From the NCBI GenBank assembly GCA_051599415.1, contig AP039689.1:620001-684000 (forward strand): a stretch of 64,000 bases of DNA, read 5' to 3'. Within the stretch, counting starts at the first letter, position 1, and every line of letters starts with the position of its first letter. A model generated the notes under the pieces. That model did not search any database and was not told the DNA's origin. It was given only the letters and a program-made list of their open reading frames with translations. Shown here piece after piece: positions 1 through 11,939 of this stretch. Origin of the DNA: Savitreella phatthalungensis. Taxonomy: Eukaryota. A program made the position numbers and the translations under genes.

Positions 1-147
1 GGATCACAGCTAGCTGTGAAGCATGTGTGTAGAGAACAATCGTCCCTGATTCAGTCTTGGCAAGGCTTGCGCAGCTGGCATCAAACGCGAGCGTCGTCGA
101 ATGTGTCAATGTCGAGAGCGAGATATTCAGGTTGGAAATCATCACCG

Positions 148-3100
148 CTAATCATGACATTTGTCCGGTCCGGCACTGACCTCCGCGCAACGGCGACATA
201 AGCTGCCTGGCTCAGATGATGCGAACTTCCAACACCGTGGACATTTGTGGTCTCGCGCACGGATCACACCTATTTCCAGGCCATCCTCCCGGCTGCTGAC
301 GAGCACCTCATCTGCATGAGCGTGCTCACGTATGGCCGAGACAAGCAAAAGATTAGACAGTTCGGCTGACGTCATGTTCAATGCCTGAATTGTCTCACGT
401 GCCGCTTGCGTCGTGCCCACTAGTACAATGTCAGCTTCCAGACCGCTCCGGATATGCTTTGCAGCTCGTGCCTGCTCGAGTAGACCATTGACTCGCCCCC
501 GAAGCTGGAAAATCAAGTTCCAGCGCAGACTCTCCCGAAGATCTGCTTCGATCTCGACAGATCTTTGTGACCAGGGCGCGGCATAAACGTGTTCTGCACC
601 GCCCCGCACGATCAGCGGAACATGATCCCATGCTTCACTCACGAGAATAGGCGTGATTGGAGCGAGTACGGCAAGGTAGTCCTTAAGAATCTCCGAAAGC
701 GCATATTGTGCCGCAAGTCTCGAGTCAGATTCAGCGCCGTCAGCATAGAGCCTGTCCTTGATCACGTCAAAGTAGAACTTCGAAAGGAAAGCATTTGTGT
801 GGTAGTTGACCAAGCTGACGACCTTGTTGAAACCATAGCTTTCGTAATGCTCGAAAGACTGCTTTCTGAACTGGGCAGATTGCTGGATCGCGTATCTGTC
901 GACGGCTTGCAGAGGCACATGGTCGGCGCTGCCATTATAGCCGTTCAGATTTGATACTAGGAATCGGATGGTCAGGCGAACCTTTCGAAGGGCGTCCGCA
1001 ACATGCTGGAGAATTTTTGGCGAGACACTCACATCGTTCGAATAGTCTGATTGAGCCACCCAGAATCTCAAAACGTCGACTCCGAGTGTCGGCATGGCGG
1101 ACAGCGTCGCACTTGACTTTCCAGCAGGCGTCACAGCTTGCCCTCCGTTGATGACGTGCAGCGGATCGACCACATTGCCCAAGCTTTTGCTCTGCTTCAG
1201 CCCCTTGTCGTCCAACGTGAAGCCATGTGTAAGGACAGTTTTGTACGGTGCGGTGCCGCGCACTGCGACTGAGGTGAGCAATGATGACTGGAACCATCCG
1301 CGATGCTGGTCACTACCTTCGAGGCAGACATCGGCCTGGGAGTTCCCATGGCCGATTTGTTCCTCACCGGCGATGCGGTCGAGCGTACGCCAAGAGCAAC
1401 CAGAATCAAACCAAACGTCGAGGGTCTCGTTACCTCTGCGCCACACTCGACCGTCACCTCGCCTGCTCGGAACAACCCATGATTCCCAATCGTCGCCCAG
1501 GCCATCGTCTGCGAACCAAGAATCTGTTCCTCTTTCACGAATCACGCCACAAATCCACCTGATTGACTCAACATCCATTAGTGCTTCGCCTGAAGCTTCG
1601 TCGTAGAGGGCTGGTATGGGAACGCCCCAGCTGCGTTGTCTGGAAATACACCATTCGTCGCGATCGCGCACATAAGAATGTAGTCTCGCATGGCCTGTAC
1701 GAGGAATCATGGTGACAGATTTCTCGAGCTCAGCCATGGCCGCCGGCTTAATTTCTGCGAGAGATGCAAACCACTGGGCGGTGGACCGCACAATGACCGG
1801 TTGTTTCGTGCGCCAGTCGTAAGGATATTTATGTTTGTAGCGCTGCACCGCGACAAGCAAGCCGCGAGTCTTCAGCAACGAGTTCACCGCTCGCGAGCCG
1901 TCGCCTTGTACATTCAGCCCGATCAGATCAGGAATGCCAACTTCAGCAGTATAGCGACCGAAAGCGTCTACAGGCGAGAATGCATCGATAGGTACTGCGA
2001 GCGAGCGACACAATGCATAGTCTTCTTGACCATGACCTGGAGCTGTATGGACAAGACCGGTGCCGGAATCGTCGGAAACGTAGTCAGCTGCCAGTACAGG
2101 ACGCCTCTCGGCCGTTGACTCGTCCTTGGCTAGTGGATCAAGATATGTGAGGCGCAGAAGGGCATCTCCCCTGATAACGAGGTCCGTGGAGCTGAAGTCT
2201 TGAAAGTGTCTAGCCACGGTCTCGGCAAGTGCTTTCGCGACGATGTACATCTTACCGTCACCGCGAACAAGCGTGTAGTCTACGAGACGATTCACAGCCA
2301 CAGCACGATTCGCTGGAATCGTCCATGGCGTGGTCGTCCAGATCAGAAGGTACACTGGTGGTGCATCTGCAGCCATCAACACTGCGTCGACGGATCCCGA
2401 GAACAGCATCGAAGACTGCGTGGAGAGTCTCAGGGCAAAGAATGTTGAAAAAGAGATATGCGCGTCATTGTACTCAAGTTCCGCCTCTGCGAGTGCCGTT
2501 CGACTCGACGGTGACCAGTAGACTGGCTTTGAGGCGCGATAAACCATGCCGCGACCGACCATTTGAGCAAATGTTTCCAGCTGAGCAACCTCATAGTCGG
2601 GATCGAGAGTCAAATATGGATGCGCCCAATCAGCGCAGATTGCCATCTGCTTGAATTGATCTCGCTGAGCGCGCCAAGCCCGAGTGGCAAGATTCTTTGC
2701 CACTTGACGGATATCCAGAACACTAGCTCCTATACCTGTGTCGTCCATCCTCGCTGCTTGCAAGGCTTTGATCTCGATCGGAAGCCCATGGCAATCCCAA
2801 CCCGGAACAAAGTCCACCTTGTAGCCTGAGAGGACCTTGCTTCGTACAATGATATCTTTTAGGATCTTGTTGAGGGCGTGACCGATATGCAGATCACCAT
2901 TAGCATATGGAGGACCATCGTGAAGGATAAACTGCTGCCTGTCGTGCTGCTTCGCTTGCCAGTCGTACAGTCGTTGTCCGTTGCTGTCCAGATACTTCAC
3001 TCCGTTCTGCTTATGATCCGGTCGAGTGGGGAAGTCCGTCCTCGGCAGCAGAAGCGAATCACCGTACGCATTGGCAGCCGGCGTCGATGTCGAGGCCCAA

Positions 3101-3153
3101 CGCTGCAGACTGAAAGCAGTTTGGAGACATCGCCGTTTGAATCCCAGCATCAT
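148..3153 (-). CDS. ISM1: Mitochondrial isoleucyl-tRNA synthetase
   Basis: Motifs LHDGPPYANGDLHIGH, GWDCHGLPIE, WTTTPWT, GTGLVHTAPGHG, WCISRQRSWGVPIP, EGSDQHRGWF, KQSKS and C-terminal CPRCW..CRRC zinc site. Arg/Ser-rich presequence follows the ATGs at 3153/3150, taken as the likely start. Confidence 0.96.
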   Translation of the reverse strand: MMLGFKRRCLQTAFSLQRWASTSTPAANAYGDSLLLPRTDFPTRPDHKQNGVKYLDSNGQRLYDWQAKQHDRQQFILHDGPPYANGDLHIGHALNKILKDIIVRSKVLSGYKVDFVPGWDCHGLPIEIKALQAARMDDTGIGASVLDIRQVAKNLATRAWRAQRDQFKQMAICADWAHPYLTLDPDYEVAQLETFAQMVGRGMVYRASKPVYWSPSSRTALAEAELEYNDAHISFSTFFALRLSTQSSMLFSGSVDAVLMAADAPPVYLLIWTTTPWTIPANRAVAVNRLVDYTLVRGDGKMYIVAKALAETVARHFQDFSSTDLVIRGDALLRLTYLDPLAKDESTAERRPVLAADYVSDDSGTGLVHTAPGHGQEDYALCRSLAVPIDAFSPVDAFGRYTAEVGIPDLIGLNVQGDGSRAVNSLLKTRGLLVAVQRYKHKYPYDWRTKQPVIVRSTAQWFASLAEIKPAAMAELEKSVTMIPRTGHARLHSYVRDRDEWCISRQRSWGVPIPALYDEASGEALMDVESIRWICGVIRERGTDSWFADDGLGDDWESWVVPSRRGDGRVWRRGNETLDVWFDSGCSWRTLDRIAGEEQIGHGNSQADVCLEGSDQHRGWFQSSLLTSVAVRGTAPYKTVLTHGFTLDDKGLKQSKSLGNVVDPLHVINGGQAVTPAGKSSATLSAMPTLGVDVLRFWVAQSDYSNDVSVSPKILQHVADALRKVRLTIRFLVSNLNGYNGSADHVPLQAVDRYAIQQSAQFRKQSFEHYESYGFNKVVSLVNYHTNAFLSKFYFDVIKDRLYADGAESDSRLAAQYALSEILKDYLAVLAPITPILVSEAWDHVPLIVRGGAEHVYAAPWSQRSVEIEADLRESLRWNLIFQLRGRVNGLLEQARAAKHIRSGLEADIVLVGTTQAARETIQALNMTSAELSNLLLVSAIREHAHADEVLVSSREDGLEIGVIRARDHKCPRCWKFASSEPGSLCRRCAEVSAGPDKCHD

Positions 3154-3602
3154 GCGATCATGCCGGCCTGGGCCGTGATAGGTGAAGCCTCCCGCTGCAT
3201 GGGCTGCGCATCGCGGAAGTGCAGGCTCGCTGTTTCGACCTAGGACATAAAAAAAAAGATACTGCATACGAACTTGCACACGTGAAGCTGTACACATTGG
3301 GAGTCAGGTGTCATGGCGTCCGATATCAAAATAAATGGCAACAAATTAATCTACAGCTATAGCTGCACGTTGATCATGGAAGACGCATGGCACGGGTAAA
3401 GGCTGCTGCGCACAGGACGTGATATACCCAGCAGGGATGGCCACGGCATGCTGACGCATGAGCTGATAATAATCGTGTTGCCATTAGAGTAGACTTGATC
3501 TATGGAGGTAGACGGAATCGGACGTGATTTTGAAAGGTGTCTTTCCGGTGCAGAGTGGAAGAGAGACAAGGGATGCAACTGTCCAGCATAAGACGGCTGT
3601 TT

Positions 3603-4262
3603 TTAGAGAGCCAGGGCAAGCGCACAGGTAGCAGCAACAGCGAAGATCGAGCCAACGACCTTGCCAGCATTCGAGCGAGCGCTCGTGCTTGCAGCTGCAC
3701 CGGCAGCCGAGCCAGAACCGGAGCCCGAGGCACGAGCAGAGCCCGAAGCAGAAGCACGCGAGGCAACAGAGGACGCGGCAGACCGAGCGAGAGTGGATGC
3801 GCCGGACACCGAAGCAGGAAGAGAAGTGCCAGAGGCGCCTCCTGCGGCGGCTGTGCCAGTAGATGTCGAGCCAGCGGTGGCGGCCGATGAGGCGCCAGTG
3901 TTAGATGATGACGACGACTGCGCGGCAGCAGTGATGAGGAACCAGCTAGACTGAGCAAGAATGCCCGAATTGCCTGCGCTTGTGGCGACAAGGTTTACTG
4001 TGTAGTTTCCTGGCTGTAACTGACGAGCAGGAACCGTGACACCGCCAGCAGAAGGGGAGACATTGGTTGCGACAGTCGTCTGCTGAGCCGAGTTCGTCGC
4101 AAGCGCAACCTCGACGTTGAATGACGTGGAGTCGGAGCTTACTGCGGACCAGGTGACTGCAAGATTGTCAGCCTGAGAAATGCTAGCTCCTTGAGCAGGC
4201 GCGGTGACCTGCAAGGCAGAAACTGCAGAGGCGAGGAAGGCGAGAGTTTGAACGTAGTGCAT
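3603..4262 (-). CDS. Secreted Ser/Thr/Ala-rich GPI-anchored cell-surface protein (Kre9/Knh1-like N-terminal domain)
   Basis: Signal peptide MHYVQTLAFLASAVSA, then LQVTAP..VTW..D..ILAQS..F.I domain, S/A/G-rich linker and hydrophobic C-terminal tail after SNAG. Confidence 0.85.
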   Translation of the reverse strand: MHYVQTLAFLASAVSALQVTAPAQGASISQADNLAVTWSAVSSDSTSFNVEVALATNSAQQTTVATNVSPSAGGVTVPARQLQPGNYTVNLVATSAGNSGILAQSSWFLITAAAQSSSSSNTGASSAATAGSTSTGTAAAGGASGTSLPASVSGASTLARSAASSVASRASASGSARASGSGSGSAAGAAASTSARSNAGKVVGSIFAVAATCALALAL

Positions 4263-6112
4263 GATGATGAACGAAAGTATGGCGGTGAGTGTCTTGATTT
4301 TGGGAGCAGCACTTAGAACAGTTCATATACGCGTCGATCGAGGTTGATGGACGGAGTGCGAATGCGAGCGACGGAGCTGCCGAGTTGATGCCTGGACAAA
4401 CCTAGCGCATTGCACGTATGCTGCAATGCCAGAGGTACAATGACAAGGGTTGACTGAAGATAGTCAATACGACAGCTTCCACCTTCTGCAGCTCTGAAAA
4501 CATGAAATCACTGTTGACAATGTCGAGAAAGTTGGAAATCGTGGAACTTCCTCTACGCAGTCTATTCAAGCTCTGCAGAATCGGGCTGTTCACAGTGTCA
4601 AGTTCCCTTGTCTGGTTGACGAGCTGAAGGAGGATTGAGGGTGGTAAGATTGGGAAGCCGTTTCTAAATTTGGATCGATTGTAGTCAGATAGGCGCAGCA
4701 TCCCGTTGATCGTAGACTTTAGCCGACATTACCAGTCCTGATTTCTTCCAGTCCAGATATAGAATTCTCATCGAGGCCTCCTGAAATATTTGGAATTTCC
4801 AACCTAGCCTTTTCTGATGAGGCACACATGTTGAGAAAATCTCATTGACCCCTAGTTCTCCTGGAAAAATGAAGTTGCTCAACATGTTCAGGCAGTACAG
4901 AAATCGCCGGCTTGTCCTCCGATAGATCGCCCGGTAAATATAGAACGATCGAGTGGATTGAAGCGAGGGAAGGTCGTCACAGCAGAGTGGATCATCCTCA
5001 ATACTCGCACATATGTCAATGTTCTTGCTAGAATTGCAGGTAGAGATTCGATCGCAATTTCTAGTAGGCCTCTTGCTTTCTCAGCATCCTCAAGCCTCCC
5101 AGGGTTTTACACGGCCACGCAGACATCTGCCCTCGCGCTGTTCAATGGGATCGCTGCAGGGTTGACTCCGCCAATAATTCGGATCTTAGCATGCGTCATC
5201 TGTCATCTACCATATCGGGCGAGGGCGAATGTCGAAGTGAATATGCTACCAACATGTTAGATACATTACCTGCTCACAAATGCTTCGCAAGCTCGAGCAT
5301 CAGCATGATCCAGGGAGGAAAATGCGCGCCAGAGTATGCATGCAACCAAGCGCCATGTTCTCCCTTGTAGCATGTCTTATCTCAAGTACACGTGCACAGT
5401 GTATGCATTTGTATCCTCCAACGTCATGAGTATTTGGCTATGCACACATAAAGCATAGACCAGGGTCATGCCTAGCGCCATGGTGGGTAAATCATCCTGG
5501 TAGGCATTTCAAACATGTTCGCTCAACCTTCTCGTTGTTGATGTGGCCATGAGCGGTCGCGAGATTCGGAGCAAAGCGTTGTGAGCCAGCACAGGCTTCA
5601 CATAAAGCCACTGCGATCACTTCTCGTGCTGTCGAATGAAATCGAGAATGAGTTAGGACTTCGCAATTGCAATTGAAAGGATTGCTTGCGCTTCGGCAAC
5701 GAGGCAGGTGTGCAATCCTCGTGAAGATGTACCAGACGAAGACTATTAGTGTATCGAGTGCATTTCTAAAGCACTGAGGACGTCTTGAACTCGCAGTTTT
5801 GGAATATGAGAGTTCTGGACTCCCAGCGCAACAAATCGTCAAATTCGTTTGTCCGAAATCTTGGCCTCAAATTCTGTAAATCCACATCAGAAACCAGCAG
5901 GAGCGTGCATCAATGCGTCCGATATGCGTCGACCACCAAGACCACACGTGCATACACATAAACTGCACGACAGATGACGCGTGTACACCACGCCTGGCCT
6001 ATTGAACGAACGCATTCGACAGCATTTTACCGCGTAATCGCTCATTCACGACCAGGTACCGATCCGCCTTGGGCCTCGTAAATTTCGGTTGACAGGTCCC
6101 GCGCATTTCCCA

Positions 6113-7408
6113 ATGGCAGACGTACTCTCGCGCGCCCGCAAAGGGACGAATGCAGTGGAGTCATTGCTCACAGGCAAGAAGGATGCCAATGACATAACAC
6201 CAAAGACAAACGGCACGCTCGACAGCAAAGTCGACAAGAGCTTGAGACCATATTACACGCAGAAGATTGAGGAGGCAGAATTGCAGATTCAGGAGAAGAC
6301 GCAGAACTTACGGCGGCTCGCAGCACAGAGAAATGCTTTGAATGCTCAAGTAAGACTACTGAAGGAGGAGCTACAACTCTTACAGGAACCGGGATCGTAC
6401 GTGGGTGAAGTGATCAAACCGATGGGCAAGAAGAAAGTCCTAGTCAAAGTGAACCCTGAAGGCAAATACATTGTCGATGTTGCGCCGGATATTGACATCA
6501 ACGCACTCACGCCATCTCTACGTGTCGCTCTGCGCAACGACTCCTATCAACTACACAAGATTTTGCCCAACAAAGTAGACCCCTTGGTCTCCCTCATGAT
6601 GGTGGAGAAAGTCCCGGACTCGACCTATGACATGGTCGGCGGACTGGAGAAGCAGATCAAGGAGATTAAGGAGGTCATTGAGCTGCCTGTCAAGCACCCG
6701 GAGCTTTTTGAGAGTCTGGGTATCGCTCAGCCCAAGGGTGTCTTGCTGTATGGTCCCCCCGGCACCGGTAAGACGCTGCTGGCTCGTGCCGTCGCACATC
6801 ACACAGACTGTCGATTCATCCGGGTCAGTGGTTCCGAGCTTGTTCAGAAATACATCGGCGAAGGCTCGCGGATGGTTCGAGAATTGTTTGTCATGGCTCG
6901 CGAACACGCCCCTTCGATCATTTTCATGGACGAGATTGACTCGATCGGCTCTTCTCGGACAGAATCTGGAAGTGGCGGGGGTGACTCTGAGGTTCAGCGC
7001 ACGATGCTCGAGCTTCTCAATCAGCTTGATGGCTTCGAGCCTCAGAAGAACATCAAGGTCATCATGGCCACAAATCGCATTGACATTTTGGACCCGGCCT
7101 TGCTTCGACCAGGTCGAATTGACCGGAAGATCGAGTTCCCACCGCCGACGGTGGACGCGCGCGCTGACATCCTCCGGATCCATTCCAAGTCGATGAACTT
7201 GACGCGTGGAATCGATTTGCGAAAGATTGCGGAGAAGATGTCTAATGCTTCAGGCGCGGAGTTGAAGGGTTGCTGTACGGAGGCAGGCATGTACGCTCTT
7301 AGAGAGCGACGGACTCATGTTACGCAGGAAGACTTCGAGCTTGCTGTGGCCCGCATCATGGCACAGAACAAGGACCAGGATATCTCCGTCAATAAGCTGT
7401 TCAAGTAA
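6113..7408 (+). CDS. RPT6: 26S proteasome AAA-ATPase subunit Rpt6
   Basis: [19 protein letters not shown] Walker A, IIFMDEID Walker B, C-terminus KLFK. First ATG of the ORF is at 6113. Confidence 0.97.
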   Translation: MADVLSRARKGTNAVESLLTGKKDANDITPKTNGTLDSKVDKSLRPYYTQKIEEAELQIQEKTQNLRRLAAQRNALNAQVRLLKEELQLLQEPGSYVGEVIKPMGKKKVLVKVNPEGKYIVDVAPDIDINALTPSLRVALRNDSYQLHKILPNKVDPLVSLMMVEKVPDSTYDMVGGLEKQIKEIKEVIELPVKHPELFESLGIAQPKGVLLYGPPGTGKTLLARAVAHHTDCRFIRVSGSELVQKYIGEGSRMVRELFVMAREHAPSIIFMDEIDSIGSSRTESGSGGGDSEVQRTMLELLNQLDGFEPQKNIKVIMATNRIDILDPALLRPGRIDRKIEFPPPTVDARADILRIHSKSMNLTRGIDLRKIAEKMSNASGAELKGCCTEAGMYALRERRTHVTQEDFELAVARIMAQNKDQDISVNKLFK

Positions 7409-7611
7409 AGAACTGAGATCTCGTTCTTGCAGGCCATTACCACCTTTTGCTAGCATGCCATCGACAAACCAGAGAAGCAATGCCTGATGATAATTCGTAA
7501 CCTGATTGCGCGTGGAGACCTGATTGTCTAGTGTATAATGGTATTTCAGTGGTGTATACACGTCTACGCGTCCGTTCTACGAACTCGTCGTCACAATCGC
7601 GTCAGTTCCGC

Positions 7612-9930
7612 TCAGGGGCGAAGGAAAGATTCCACTGTCGAGGGATCGTCGACCGACGGCGGTACCTTCAGCGACTCATCTTCAGTGGCAGCGTCCTGCA
7701 CGGCAAGTGAGTCGGCGGGGACTTCGGGCTCAGGCAGCGGCTCGATGGCCGGCTCAGTGGCTACAGTTGCCGCTGCCGGCACAGATACAGGTGCTGAAGT
7801 CGTTGCATTGGCACTCTCTGTGGTCGAAATCGCTGACGCGGTCGGCACAGGCGTGTTGGAATCTGTAGTTGTTGCTGGCGCGTCGACGGGGACTCCCCCG
7901 GCCGGCGGTGGCGTCGATTGCTTGTTCGGTGCAGGAGCTGAGGTGTCCGGGGAGTTCGATTGAGCGGTCGCTGCGGCAGCAGCAGCAGCAGCCTGAGCTT
8001 TGGCCTGAGCCTGCGCTTGAGCCTGCGCCTGTGCTTGAGCATTTGCTTGAGCCTGTGCTTGGGCCTGCGCATGCGCTTGTTGCTGAGCCAGTCGCTGTTC
8101 GCGCTGTGCGAGAATTTGCTCACGGCGGTCGAGCTGCTGAGCTCGCTGGACAATATACGCACGCTGCTTGGCGAGAGCCAAACGATCGAGGTAGACCTGC
8201 TGCTGAGCGATGTCAATATCGCGACGATCCCGCTCCAGTCCAGCTTCCAATTCTTCAAACTGTGAGACCTTGCTCTCGAGCTTTTCGAGCTGTAGAGAGA
8301 CTGCGGTCTGCATCAAAGACATAATCTGCTTTTCTTCGGCAGTCTTGAGAGAATAAGCCTTCGCTGCGATACTGCCAAGGACAATTTCGGCAGCAGCATC
8401 AGCTTCACTCGAGTCTGTCTCCTCTGCTTTTGTGCCATGCTTGAGGCTCCGCGTCAGAGCTTCGATTGAGCGCTGCGCTGCTGCAGCACCAACGGATGCG
8501 CTGACGGTGTTGGCAAGGAAGGCAACGGTTGTCATCACAGGATTATCCGCTTGCGAGACTGGCTGATGTGCGTATTGCAAAGGACCGACATTTGCCGAAT
8601 CGACATATGCGTCTTCGATTGGTAGCTGGAGGAAGCGCATCACGCACTGCTCCTTCGTCCTGCTGCCGACGTGCTGTGAAACCTTGAGCCAGTCGTCGTC
8701 GTACATCTCAAGAGCCTCGAGAAGCAGCAAAGTCTCCTGGTCCGTCCAGTCATCGCCTTCCCGCTTGACGCCATCACCCGCGGTGAGCCGCACAAAGTCT
8801 CCGCTGTGACTTGTGTTGGGGAAGCGTCCTGCCTTGTAACAGTTTGGACAGAGATCATACTGCTTGCCCTTGAGGTCGTGGTAGCGTAATTTTGTGCAAT
8901 TGACGCCGCAGCTCATGCAGTTGGCATCAGTAGCGTTTGAGCGGACATCGTTCGTTCGCGACGGGCCACCAACGATATCTGCACCGGAGACCGGTGTGTC
9001 GTACACAGTCCTGCGCAGCTCAAGCGTTTCGCGCTTCGGTGTGACGACTGCATTGCCGCTGCTACCCGTTGCAGCAAGCGCTTCGTCCGTGTCTTTGAGC
9101 TGACGTCCTTGCGACTTTGCCGAATTTGCTACAGGCTGGAATGGCTGGAGGCCCCTTGGGGTGTCGGCAATAACTCGGAAATGACCTGTGAAAGGTGGGC
9201 CAATATTGCTCGGTCGGGTCTCAGGATTAATCTGATAATTGATCAAGCCCCACTGCTCTAGGAACGCGTGAACGCGCATGATTGCACACACGTCTCCCGC
9301 GAGGTTGCGCCTGCAAGCAGTGACTGTGAGATATTCCACTGGATTGAGGCGATATGTGTTGATCATGAAGTCACGGTAGTCCCTGTAGACTGTTGGTGTT
9401 TTGGACCTGTTACGACCGTTGAAGAACTCGGGCAGAGATTTGCGCTCAATCTCATGAGTTTCGTTCATGTTGAACCAGGCGGCGTACGAAGGGATGACGA
9501 CTTCGTGGGTCTGCTCAGCGAGCAGTATCCGGGCATCGTCTTCCTGTGTGGTGCGATGTGTCTCTGGTGCCGGTGTGCCTTGCTCGGCTGTACCGTTTGT
9601 CTCGGCAACATGGACTGCTGGGGTGCCATTGGTGTCGACAGCAGGGGAATTGACGTCAGGCTCAGTTCGCTTAGCGATGTCCGTCGTGCTTGCGTCAGCG
9701 ACAGGGTGTGAGTCACCGGCAATGACATTCGCGGTCGCGGATGCGGCTAGAGGTGAGGTTTGTGCTTCTGTCGCAGATTCTGCAGCAACTTGGACATCCT
9801 GCATAGGTGAGTCGACCACATCAGCTTCTGGAGCAGCATCAGTGGTTGTAGCCGGCTCTGCCACCGGATTGGTCATTTCTGCATCCTCAGTCTTGACTGG
9901 GAGGACCGTCTGCTCGTGATCTGATTCCAT
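7612..9930 (-). CDS. SWI/SNF-RSC SWIRM-SANT subunit (Swi3/Rsc8/Ssr1-2 family)
   Basis: SWIRM (IPSYAAWF...RVHAFLEQWGLINYQ), ZZ-type Cys cluster, SANT (WTDQETLLLLEALE), coiled coil, AQ-repeat and low-complexity tail. Confidence 0.93.
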   Translation of the reverse strand: MESDHEQTVLPVKTEDAEMTNPVAEPATTTDAAPEADVVDSPMQDVQVAAESATEAQTSPLAASATANVIAGDSHPVADASTTDIAKRTEPDVNSPAVDTNGTPAVHVAETNGTAEQGTPAPETHRTTQEDDARILLAEQTHEVVIPSYAAWFNMNETHEIERKSLPEFFNGRNRSKTPTVYRDYRDFMINTYRLNPVEYLTVTACRRNLAGDVCAIMRVHAFLEQWGLINYQINPETRPSNIGPPFTGHFRVIADTPRGLQPFQPVANSAKSQGRQLKDTDEALAATGSSGNAVVTPKRETLELRRTVYDTPVSGADIVGGPSRTNDVRSNATDANCMSCGVNCTKLRYHDLKGKQYDLCPNCYKAGRFPNTSHSGDFVRLTAGDGVKREGDDWTDQETLLLLEALEMYDDDWLKVSQHVGSRTKEQCVMRFLQLPIEDAYVDSANVGPLQYAHQPVSQADNPVMTTVAFLANTVSASVGAAAAQRSIEALTRSLKHGTKAEETDSSEADAAAEIVLGSIAAKAYSLKTAEEKQIMSLMQTAVSLQLEKLESKVSQFEELEAGLERDRRDIDIAQQQVYLDRLALAKQRAYIVQRAQQLDRREQILAQREQRLAQQQAHAQAQAQAQANAQAQAQAQAQAQAKAQAAAAAAAATAQSNSPDTSAPAPNKQSTPPPAGGVPVDAPATTTDSNTPVPTASAISTTESANATTSAPVSVPAAATVATEPAIEPLPEPEVPADSLAVQDAATEDESLKVPPSVDDPSTVESFLRP

Positions 9931-10217
9931 GACAATGGAAGTCCTTGCCAGGCAGAACTGTACTCGAGGATTGCGGATTCTGAATGAGATGAGTTAGCAC
10001 CACAAAAAGAGCAAGGAAGTGATGCCGAGGATGCTACAGAACAGCTTGATTGACGATTACCTTTCCAGTCCGTCTCAACCGCGGTCCTGATAGTTGATTA
10101 TCTTTGTGTTTCCTCTATTCTTGATGAAAAACGCGCTTTCGTTTGGTAGTGTATATTGGGGTTGATTGGAAAAGATGGTTGAATGGAATATGTGGTGATA
10201 GACGCGCTCCTGCTTGG

Positions 10218-10562
10218 CGCGTGCCCGTGCGTATGTGCTTGCTTGCTTGGGTGGGTGCGTGCGTGCGTGCGCAGGTGTGTGTAAGTGTGGATGTGTGTGT
10301 GTGCGCGAACGCTGTATGTGTCCGGAATTTTTTGTTCTTCAATTCTTCAAATAGGCCAATATAATTTACAGTAATTTGTTCCACGACTGGGAGTAAGGGA
10401 CTGATCATACAGCGCCAGCACTAGCAGCAAATTTATGTCGATTCAATTCAAACAGGAACGAGTCGAAAAGTCGAGCAGCAGATGCATGATTCTTTCTGCA
10501 GGCCACACACACACCTACACACACACACACATATACACATATACACATACACACATATACAC
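10218..10562. repeat. Imperfect GT/GC-rich tract (10218-10321) and CA/CATA tract (10504-10562)
   Basis: Alternating purine-pyrimidine low-complexity repeats read directly from the sequence. Confidence 0.85.
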
Positions 10563-10749
10563 GAGAATCTATGCGCAATCATATGCATATCCCTCCGTAT
10601 CTCGTGATGCGTAAACTACGCTGCTGGCTCAGCAGGATAGCTGAGTTTACAAGGTGAACTTCTGGTACAGAGCGTGATAAGCTTTGAGTGAATTTACTTG
10701 CCAGTCCACGAAGCCTTTTATCACGGTCCATGGATTAGACGACTTGACT

Positions 10750-10808
10750 GATCAAACATTTGATCTTAAATACTTTAGATCAAACATTTGATCTTAAATA
10801 CTTTAGAT
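10750..10808. repeat. Perfect 28-bp tandem duplication (GATCAAACATTTGATCTTAAATACTTTA x2)
   Basis: Copies at 10750-10777 and 10778-10805, followed by GAT. Confidence 0.95.
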
Positions 10809-11939
10809 TGCATGCTTGTCCGAGCAAAAGCTTAATTCTAGTCACTCTGCCGAAATCTTTGACCTCTCATAGGCTGGCGGAAGAATGCGAAGCCCGGGGG
10901 ATGAAATAGACTTTCGATAGACCCACATAAGCCAACTGCAGTTGGGCTCCAAAATATTTCTACTCCTAGATAACCAGGTACGTTGGACGATACTATGAGT
11001 TAAAACTAAATTTATTTTTTGACAGGTGCACAAGGTTGCAGGTCTATCGAGTTTGTGATATACCTACGCGCTGAATCACCGCAATCTAAATCATCATGGG
11101 AGATATGATCAAGCTGGAATTGAATGCGGATGTATATGCATGAAGGCAGTCTCCGCAGCTAGTCAATTACTGCCCAGGCTGTCCAGGCTTCAATGTGTCT
11201 GGAATAAGGTCTGTGCCACATCGATGCTGTTGATATCTAAATCAGGCCAAAACAAGTCATCAGCTCTACAAAACCTGAGAATGGACAGTAGTCTGGAGAC
11301 TCAACCGTTCAACCCCACAGCACACAAAATACATACTAACTTACAACTCAGCTGAGCCGGTCGAGAGGTCAACAAGATGGGATTAATCGACTGCTTGCTT
11401 GTGTGCTTGCCTACTCACTTACTAGATTCCTTGATTAGATTGATTGAGTGAAGATTACCACATTTGACGTTTAGATCTCATCGTACCCAGGCAAACTCTA
11501 TCTTAGCACATCATCAACTTCAATACCCTGATACTCCTTCCTCCACTAGAACTGCCAACTGGGAGGAAGCTTCCTATCCTTTCCCGGCGCTCCAGACAGA
11601 TGTTTCCTCCCCCCACATTCGCTCCAGCATACCGCACGACAACCGATCCGGGGCTTAGACATCAGCGTTTCTGGCGCTTTGCTTCCGATAGCCGTGCGGC
11701 CGCATAACTCGCCGAGATTCGCGCTCCTTACCAGTTACTGGCCCTATCAGTGCCAGGAACTAGTATCCACGCCTGCTGTCTTGCTCTCGCGAGCAGCTTC
11801 AAGCAAACCTGCTTTCACTGGCGGTCGATTGACAGACAGGCTTCTCTGCAATCTTGCCAACTGCCTGCTGGACCACGGCATAGTCCCACTACAGCGTCTC
11901 GATTCCGATCCACCTTATAACACCTGATCCACGCTCGCG

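Noticed and set aside
3154..3297. N-terminal extension of the IleRS ORF
   Set aside because: Promoter-like sequence with a T run; the presequence fits a start at 3153/3150
4402..5842. Short ORFs upstream of the GPI gene as a transposon relic or pseudogene
   Set aside because: No recognisable RT, integrase or transposase motif and no terminal repeats seen
6122..6173. Possible intron at the RPT6 5' end (GTACTC..CAG)
   Set aside because: Removing 52 nt shifts the frame into a stop, and the branch-like site is too close to the AG
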